A DNA stretch of 64,000 bases, from positions 974,287-1,038,286 of the forward strand of contig NW_002060955.1 in assembly GCF_000150275.1 (NCBI RefSeq). Reading direction: 5' to 3'. Shown here in pieces: positions 54,701 through 64,000 of this stretch. The notes beneath the pieces were generated by a model, which worked only from the letters and a program-made list of their open reading frames with translations, had not been told where the DNA came from and ran no database searches. Made by a program: the position numbers and the translations under genes. This stretch comes from Trichoplax adhaerens (taxonomy: Eukaryota; Animalia; Placozoa). Position 1 is the first letter of the stretch. Each line of letters starts with the position of its first letter.

Positions 54701-57393
54701 TTTCGATATTGAATTCACGAAGGACTGATAGTACAAAGCAGTCATATTTCTATTTTAGCCTTTTATAAATGAACAATAAACCTATCAGTTGATTGCATAC
54801 GATCAGTCATAAGCTAGATTATAGTCGAATAGTGTAATTTAAAATCCTAATCTATGTGAAATAAGTTTTTTTTCATTTGCTTCATTACGTAGAATAAAAG
54901 TATTTACTTCATCTATTTTACGATTTCCTATTACAGATATCTACGAATAAATAGTTTCAATAAACTTAGACAAGTGCTCTTAAACTAAGGAGTAGAGAGA
55001 AGGAGAAGATAAAAAGTCAATTGACTATAGTATTGCGTATTTGAAATCTCATTTATTCGAAGTATGACATCAAATTATACCAGTATTAGCTTAATACCAT
55101 AGAGAGTAAGATTGTTTATAATATTGTATAGCTATAGCCTTATCGATATTATTGGAATATAGTTGTTGAAATGTGTCAAAAATGTAACTATTACTAAAAT
55201 TGGAAAGCTTGATTATCTGTAGTATTCAACTTTATATAATGTAGTAAATGGAAAAATAAGTTGAAAACGCTTTTCAGCTGCTACGATATAGATTTAGTGA
55301 GCATTGGATATGAAGCATGAAAATTTTAACGTTATGATAGAAACAGAGTTCAATTTCTGATCAAGCATCTCAGATACTGTGATATAATGCAATATTGAAT
55401 TAATTTATTAATAATATTCTTCTGCCTACGAGATATTACCCGTGGGAAAAAATGTCATCGAAAATTGTTATCACACAGTTTTGAGGAACCAATTACTAAC
55501 AAATAGTTCGACATAGAATAAGAAACGGATCGCTGCTATAATTTTCCTTGATAGGATTGCCAACTAATCTTGTATGCCCGTGTATTAATACCATTTTAGA
55601 AAGGTATTTCATTATCATGACTTATATCTTTTATTCTTAGGGTGACAATTACTTCATAATCTTAATACTGTTACTATCACATTTCGATATGCATGATTAT
55701 TCTTTATAGCATTTTATTAATAGCTTTATTTTCTTCTATTTCTACCGTCTCATTCGTAAAATTGCTGGAGCAAATTCTTGGATGATAAGTGAAACAAATC
55801 AAAGTGTTTTTCTGTTGTTGAATAATGGTAATCTAACGTAGCGTAATTCAGTGGCCTACTTTCTTAGCTTCCTTTACCTCATGCTGGTATAGTAGTTTTG
55901 CATACGTACAGTTAAAGCTAATAGATGCATTAATTTGCTTCTTTTTATGTTTCTGAATATGAGTTTTTTCTTCATATTCAATTCCTTAATATTAGCAGGT
56001 CTACCAACGACAGACATGACCATATTGATGGCAGTTATAAAAAAACAATATTATAGCGAAATGTACTTAACTTTTAATGAGACAAGCAAATGTATAACCT
56101 GTAAAATAAACTACTTTCCACGATGGTATACAAATCAATTCATAGTTTATCTAGACAGGAAAGGATGAGAGTTTAAAAATTTAGTCCAGCCTTTTCTAAC
56201 GTTTGAGATAATTTCATATCTATGGAACAGATATCATAAAACAATCTTTATGAGGATTATAATTCTGCAACTCCAATGCTAGGTGCTAAGTATGGATGCA
56301 GTTGAGCTTTAATATTACAATTACGGTCGATTTCATGTTATATATGAACGAGGCCTACCCATCTTTAATAGGATTTACTATTATATAAAAGATTCATGTC
56401 AAGATTGAGTGTAAGAAAGTGTACTTGTTGATTAACGATTCTAAGTTCCATACGTAAAGATAGTTTTAACTAGAAAGTTCAATTTATGGGCTTCATCTCG
56501 ACATTCAATTCATTTTTTGTGATATTTTAATATGAAATCCATAGAATAAATAGGCTAAGCAGTATATCATCAGTTCCTTGAACGAACAATTACATCAAGA
56601 GAAAATGTGTTCATCGATTTGAATCATAAAAACTAATGCGTAAAATTTTTGATATAGCCGATCGTTCACAAAGTCCATAATGGATAATTATTTCTTAGTA
56701 AATACATTCAAGACACAAAAGGAAAAATAATACCGATTGCCATTCTCCGAAGATAGGATCAGTATCAATACTTTAAAACGTTATCCTATCCCTATATGCT
56801 TAATGCGTAATCAAAAGGCAACACTAGTAGGAAAGGGGTACCGTTCAGTCCGATCAGAAAATAAGACATGTAAAGGGTGGAAAGTAAATTTTATAACGTT
56901 ACACTGTATAAGTAATCTTTCTATATAGATTGTAAATATAGTTAAATAACCATAGCTTCCAGTTAAAGTAAAAATGAGTAGAAAAGTTATTGATTGTGGA
57001 GTAGTATATATATATATAGTCGATCCGTATTTGTACTGCTATGAAATTAAGACTAATCACATCCTAAATAATGCTAGAGTTTTCTGAAGTATTCTATCTA
57101 TGATAATGGAAAATTGTCAGGGAAAAATGGATGATTCTCACTGATGTACTTAAAAAAAAATTTCCTAGTCTTTTTAAAACTCGCCTTCATTTTATAGTAC
57201 ACTACAGTATCTACTATTAAAATCAATGAACGAATATTGTCTGATTTCATTTATGGATTGAAAGTAAGTACTTACCTAGAAGTAACAACTTTACTTCACT
57301 TAAGGACTTGTCTTTTTCATTTTGAATTTTCTTATCAATGTCTGTGCTCTTTTCTCGGGCGGCTTTATCTTCACCACTAACTGTAATACCCAT
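48720..57393 (-). CDS. Heterotrimeric G protein alpha subunit, divergent Gi/o family, 354 aa, 8 exons
   Basis: Exons 57276-57393, 50570-50612, 50280-50421, 50040-50194, 49694-49822, 49354-49483, 49082-49235, 48720-48913 (118/43/142/155/129/130/154/194 nt, total 1065). Motifs [30 protein letters not shown]; C-terminus [10 protein letters not shown]. The exon pattern matches vertebrate GNAI/GNAO. Confidence 0.95.
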
Positions 57394-57684
57394 AGTTTTT
57401 GTCACACTTTCAGTAGTTAACCATCGGATTAGTCGACCAAAAAGACATGGAAGGATATTTAAGGGAGTAGAGAAGAAAAAAATGTGAATGATGATAAATG
57501 ACACTTTGCAGAAAATAGAAGTTAAAAAGTATGGAATAAAGCAAAGAAACTTATTTTATTAAATTTAATAATTTAGACTAAATATAAAAACGAGATTAGT
57601 TAATATTGTTTGTATGAAGATAGAAAACGAGAGAGTATCTTTAGACCCACTAAAAATAATGAAATATTATAAAAAGTTAAGAAC

Positions 57685-57697
57685 GTTGCTATGCAAT
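57685..57697. promoter_or_regulatory. X-box-like motif ~290 nt upstream of the G-alpha start codon
   Basis: GTTGCTATGCAAT, one mismatch to the GTTGC-N3-GCAAC RFX palindrome. Confidence 0.3.
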
Positions 57698-60600
57698 TAA
57701 AATAGGTAACAAAGCTATTCTACAAGATAACAAATAATTTAAAGTGGTAGTATAGAATAAAAATTAGATAATAAATGTAAAGACAATGGCATGGATAATA
57801 GATAATGCATGAAATTTTGATCGAAAAAGTCAATTACAAAAGCGGAAAGAGGAAAATAGAAGTGAGAATATTGGAGTTAAATAGAAATTGACAGGAATAG
57901 AAAGTATACTTCAGATTCCAATATTATTATTATCATTTCTTATCAATAATTAAGATATAAAAATAAAATTGACACGGATAAAATTTGTTTTTACTTCGAT
58001 TTGCTTAGTTTTGACTCTTTTTATCTAATTGATACTGTATAATGCCGAAAGAATGGACGATAAAAAGGATTTCACTGAAAGCTATCCAAGAATGGTAGTC
58101 ATAGTAAAGAAATTTCTTCATTAAAATAGCGTAAAGCTACAGGATTAAATCAGTATAGAATCCATAGGGTATATATTAACTTAATGATTAAAAATATTAT
58201 CATGATCTCTTAGTTGTGTATTGATCAAAACTAGTGGTTAATGGATAGAGAAGGATATTAGCTATACTTCGATGAAATCTGTTTGAAAATAGAATACTTG
58301 ATTGTTATCGGCAACAGTATACAACTGAGGATCTACCAATATGGTAGCAGCTTTGTGCATTGAGACACCAATGTAAATACTCGTACGTAATTAATCAAGT
58401 CTTTAATGAACCATTTATTTTTGTGCCCCTATAATCTCGAAAAATTTGATTACGTAAAAATAAAATGGGTTACATTATTTGAAGGGATTTTATGGCATAC
58501 TAGCCGATATAAGTGATTATTCATTCTACCATGGAATATAAAACATTAATGTATGATTACATTTCAAATTATTATTCACTAATAGTCTTTTAGATATATG
58601 CAATTTGAAAAAAAGGCCTACAATATCCACGATGATGATAACTTCTACACTAATAATCAAGACTTATTTGTTAGCGATAATTTAATAAGTTGGGTATATT
58701 ACTGAATTAAATTTATTCTACGACTTTTTATTCTTTATAATACCGATCTACCGAGTTCTTAATGTGGATCAAATTATTCCATTTAAGACAATCAATAATC
58801 TATGGATTGATTATTTTGACTAGCTTTAATTTGCTTCTTATTCTAAGATATAGCAAAGAATGAATAGCCATTCATCAAAAAAAGAAGTGAAATTTAGCAG
58901 TCGGTAGATGTTCGACGGTAAATAAGTAAATCCTATATTTATTAGAAATTTGTCATCTTTAATAGTATGCGATACTATGCAACTGCTCGCTAATATTATT
59001 TTAATGCTAAGGAATAAGAAATTCTGAAACTGCTATCACATAGCGTGTTTCTGGTAATCAATAACTTAGAGCTAGCATTAAGGGTTAGTAATAGACAAAT
59101 TTATTAGATATGCTGCATAATATTTTGCGTAAAAAGGAACATATTTAAAGTTATGTATTTTTCTCCCCCTTAATTCTAACACGAAAGTGAAAATGATAAA
59201 TAATCATATTTCTCCGCTAATTTAATTATAGTCTGTAATATCAACTTTCAAGTCCAAAGTATTACAATTCATGATCAAAGGCATACGAGTGTAGCAATGG
59301 GACAATCAAATCAAATCGTTTAGGAAGTATAACAGCCTAATTATTCAATAGTAAATGCTATCAAAATTAAAAATAGTTCTAATAAATTTAGAAAGTAAGC
59401 TTGTTTATTTATTCGATCATATTTCGACGAATACGGATACTTTAACTATCTCGTTCTAGACCATAGTTCATAACTAATAAATGGGTATTCAGTATTGAAA
59501 TATGATAGTGTAGAATGAACATCAGCCGCGCTAATGAACGATCAATACCTTACATCGTACCTATTCTATAAAGAATGAAACAATTTTTTTATAAAGACAA
59601 TATTGTTCTATATGCGTAAGTAATAGATTTTTCTCTCAATGACAAGAAAACCAGTCAGGATAAAATATATTTCTTCAAATGCCTAAGCACTTTGATTTTT
59701 TATCATATTGTGAGTAAGACACACTTGCTTGGTCCCTTGTGATAATGAATAGGAGGTATACAATTGAAGAATTAGGCTGTAAACTAAATTAAGGACTGAT
59801 TTTAATAATTAAACTACAAATATCAACTATAAATTTATTGTAATAAAGTTGTAGTTAACTCTAATATGTTAACATAGTCATTTTTTACTTATACCAATTT
59901 TCATAGATAGTTTATATTGCATACTTATTGTATCAACATTATTTCGTTGCAGCATGTATTATTATAATGAAAAAAACTTCATTTCTAGTATATTATCCGT
60001 TCACGACCTTACCAGTATAATGATAACCAATAAGGCATAAAGTATTCATCATTAACGTGGTCAAATGGAATTTTACTAGCATTTATGCCACAGTAAGATG
60101 TCTATAATTGTTTAAAACGATGGTATCAGTTAGCTACTAACAGTATATTACTTTCTAATAAGGTAGTACAATAATGTTACTATTCACTAGGGCTCTAAAA
60201 TGATATTTAAGTTTAGCGATTATTTAGGCATCGTCTTATGATTTTCTACCTTTGATCTTATAAACAGGTTCTTACGCATTTTATTATTAGCGTTAAAGTA
60301 TACAATCTTCGATGGCTATTTATCTTCCTTCTTTACACTGATATCATTCTAAGAAAAGAATATACTGCAAAGTCGTAGTAGTGTCAATATTTGATTAGAA
60401 TTTAATCATAAACTAAAAATAAGATACGTTAATGATTACTTTAATGGAACTTTTTTGCCTTGCTAAAGCTTAAAATGAATACTCATTCAGTATGAAATCA
60501 TCGCATTATTTTTCCGTAACGGGATAATGCTACACATTTCAGATTTATCTCAAATATGTTAACCTAAGTATTCTACCGTACTAAGTTGATTAAATAAATT

Positions 60601-63600
60601 ATTCTTTATATTCTCTATCATTTGACAGCATGTTGTATTAAATGCTGACGTTCTACTGTTCTATTTAATTGTGTTGATTCTATAAAGATCTCTTAAATAT
60701 AAGCATGGAACTGTAATAGCCTTTCTAGTTTTACTTTAAATATACAATTTTAGAAGCATGCTTGAATGCTATATAGCTATTGATTATTTTAGATGTATGA
60801 AAAAGTAAATCACAGACAAGATTGAAAATTTATGATCATTTTCGCTAATCTTTTTCAAAAATCCCATTACATGCTAAACATTAAGTTAAAAAACAAATTC
60901 TGAAAGTGAAATTGTATGTGATTTTAAAATAATTTTAGGAAGAAATAATAGGCTCATTTAGTTAATAATATAGTGCTATATGAACAATAGTATTGTAATT
61001 TATAATATCTATGACGAATGTAATTGTTTTCACGGTTTTAAGTTTTCTATAATTAGAACTGAATAGTATCTCTTTAAAGCTATCTAGTAGGAAATGATAC
61101 GGTTGACATCTAAAATTGAAAGGAAACACAAACAAATTTCGAGATAAGAATGCAATTTAGTTAATTTGCTACGCGACTAAATTACGATAGTTAACGTTTC
61201 TAGTAATCATCGAATCCATCGGTGGCACCATCAACATTATCCTTGCTAGTATAATGGTCTTATTATCATATTGCAGTTTACTAACTCGGTACCGTTACTT
61301 CAAATAGAAATGAACTTTATTGATTCTTACAACTCTTAATAGGTAAACTTATCATTGTAACCTAACTACTCCCTTCACTACTCTGATGTCTTTACTAGAA
61401 AGTTGATTCATACATAGAGTACAGCTAAGCTATCAAAAATTCTATAATTAAGTGTTAAATTTATACTTTCGTGAAATGGGTCCGGTAATGATACAATCTT
61501 TTGTTAATATATCGCAATTAACTTTAGAGCTTTAATACTTCAAATAATAAGTAAATTTTGGCTTAATAATAAATTATTGGCTCACATAAGCTTGTTAGAT
61601 GTCCAAAACGATGCAATATTGCTCTTACTAGTATGTGTATATTGATTTTAGTGCTCTTTGTAAGTGATATTCATATAGTCGAGCTATAAAATAATTACTA
61701 ATTGAAAAGAAAACATGCTAGAATGTTTAGTCTAGGGGATGTTCGACTGCTGTAATATCCTAGCAATGAATGATGTCCAGTTCTTCGAATGATATAGAAA
61801 GTTAAATGTTGAAAAGAGAATGTGCGCAACAGATTTTACAATTTATTTTGGCTTAAACTATAGTTTGCAATAAATGTACGCAGGATGTGTAAAGCAATCA
61901 TTTGTTATATAGTTTATATGAGCGCATCCAAACGCAAAATCACGATACAGCCAGGCAGTTTATATACGTCATAGATAGTTGATTTATAAATCAAATAGGT
62001 ATTTAATTACTTCTTATTAAAACAGATAGATAAGCTGCGGAGTAGGAATGGTAATCATAGATGGAAAGAATGATAAGCTTAAAATAAACTGCTGGTATAT
62101 CCTGAAGACATAAGAAAGCGTGATGAAAGATAGAATGACAAACTGCTTTTCAAATAAATAGCCACAGTACTAGAAACTACATGGCTACATCTAGCTGGAC
62201 TAAAGTTTAGAGCTGGTAATACTAGCCGGGAAACTTCATCTATTCTGTAATAATAATATCAATACACTGTATATAATAATTCCTAAAGGAGAGTCAAGTA
62301 GCTGTATGTAGATACTTTTTACGCTGCTAACTAAAGTTTTTCCTCTCTTCAGTCATCAGTATTTAAGTTATGGTACTTTTTAAGCAGTTTCACTTCTTGG
62401 ATACAAATTTAAATTGTGTGTCCCTTCTATGCGTATTTCTTCGACTATCAACTTTATTTAGTGATATTTTTTCAAATAATACACCTAGTTTACATATTGT
62501 CAACACCTTTTTCAATCCTATACTATCTTGTTTAAACCGAAGAATAGTATACCTTTATAATAGCCCTGATTGGAGCAAATCGTTGGGCTTTGATTGGTAT
62601 GCTTAAAACATTGCCAATGTCGATTTTCAATCTTATGGCTTACTTTCTATCCCTATACCTAATAATTAGATGCTTCTGATGCAGGAAATCATTGGGTTTA
62701 CAGTACTGGTAATAATTAAAAATTCCATAGTATTACGTCGACCAATGTATAATGACGGTTTAATGTAGTTGCAGTAAACGATTGAAAAGAAATGTAAAAA
62801 TTATGTAAAAAACGTAAAGGTTCGTTTTTGATTTTAACATTTGTCAATGACAAACCATCGCAATACGACAGTTCTATTACAAAAACAATATTGCTATAGA
62901 TATAAGCTTTAATGACTGTACTGGTAGGGATCGTGTAATACTATGAAACATTCATGGGTTAATTTACTATAAAAGTAAGATTTATTGGTTACATAGTCCT
63001 TAATAAATCCTATGTTACCTTCTTTATAATGTAATATTTGCAATTTTTAGTAATTTATTGAGATAATAATGTAAGGTATATCCAATTAGTTTAATGCCTG
63101 ATTTATTCTTGCCACATAAACTACAATATAAAAACTGTCCTATATTTTTACAGTAACAATACTTCCGAGTCCTTTTATTTTAACGAAAATATCAATAAGA
63201 TAGCAAATTAAAATGTGATATTATAAACCAAATCCTTACACCACTCAGCATTAAAAGGCTCTTTTAAGTAAAATTATCGAGGTAAAAGAAGCTCTTAATC
63301 CCTATGGATATTGTAATATACACCATAAATTTAGCCATTTTTGTAAAATCAGAAATCGAAATCATGCCGATGCGCATTAAAACCGAGTTTTCAATGTTAC
63401 GATTTTGTTGAAAACGACATCACAGCGTAGCTAGTATCACATTCCTTACACATGTGATATCATGCAGAGAAGGAGAGTATCATAAAGTATAACAAAATAA
63501 TAAGAAATGAAACTGAAAGTTCCATATAAAATTTGTTTTCTCCTAATTGCAGTATTTCAGCTATAAAAGAGGCTTAGTAAACGCCAAATTAAGTTATGTT

Positions 63601-64000
63601 ATAGGTAAGAAAATGAATACACTAACTGTCGTTAAAAAGTCACTTTAAGAATAAAACTTGGCTATTATAATTGTTTATCATTTTAGCAGGAAATACCTTA
63701 TTGCTTCTATCAAATTAAGACGTCTTTCAGTTTCATAAAAATAGCAATTGATTGGGCTGACTCTATAATAAAAAAAGATGAGTATAGAAATTATAAGGCC
63801 ATGCTAATTTCTTGATGATTGCGGTACAATTTCTTCCTTTCAAGATTTAGGTGTTATCCTTATGATGTAGTCAGCATCATAATAAATCAATACTGAAATG
63901 ACTTGATTATTAATAAATTTTAGGTTGAATCCTTAATAGAAATCATTATAATTCTTGTAACAGCTATCTATTTTAATAATATAGTTAATTCATTTGCAAT

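Noticed and set aside
52072-56928. Short ORFs inside G-alpha intron 1 as a nested gene or transposon
   Set aside because: All under 80 aa, with no transposase/RT motifs, terminal repeats or linkable exon chain.
57394-57504. In-frame upstream extension of G-alpha exon 1 (MSFIIIHIFFF...)
   Set aside because: Low-complexity pyrimidine-rich leader. The MG start at 57393 gives the canonical 118-nt exon 1 and the Gly2 needed for myristoylation.
1-64000. Prokaryotic-type systems (CRISPR, operons, IS elements) and tRNA/rRNA genes
   Set aside because: The sequence is spliceosomal-intron-rich eukaryotic DNA. No repeat-spacer arrays or structured RNA genes were recognised by eye.

Overview
Eukaryotic, very AT-rich, intron-dense genomic DNA with mostly 65-300 nt GT-AG introns. 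The style suggests an early-branching animal such as the placozoan Trichoplax (inference only). Four protein-coding loci were reconstructed by hand. (1) Minus strand, ~838-7367: a large secreted protein with signal peptide, Cys-rich/EGF module, cadherin-like domain, furin site RWKR, repeated beta-rich domains and a Ser/Thr mucin-like tract. It carries an apparent +1 frameshift at ~4860 and needs a 13-nt micro-exon. (2) Plus strand, 11660-12451: a divergent tropomyosin with an intronless CDS. (3) Plus strand, ~17561-46346: an axonemal inner-arm dynein heavy chain of about 95 exons, DNAH3-like, with two GC-AG introns and a probable U12-type intron. (4) Minus strand, 48720-57393: an 8-exon, 354-aa Gi/o-family G-alpha. 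The G-alpha is the most striking feature. It has Ser at the near-invariant switch-I Gly (equivalent to the engineered RGS-insensitive G183S/G184S allele), lacks the palmitoylated Cys3 and the pertussis-toxin Cys, and has an X-box-like motif upstream. This suggests a specialised, possibly ciliary, slow-off signalling G protein. There is one 50-N gap flanked by two apparent haplotypes. No RNA genes, CRISPR arrays or intact transposons were recognised.
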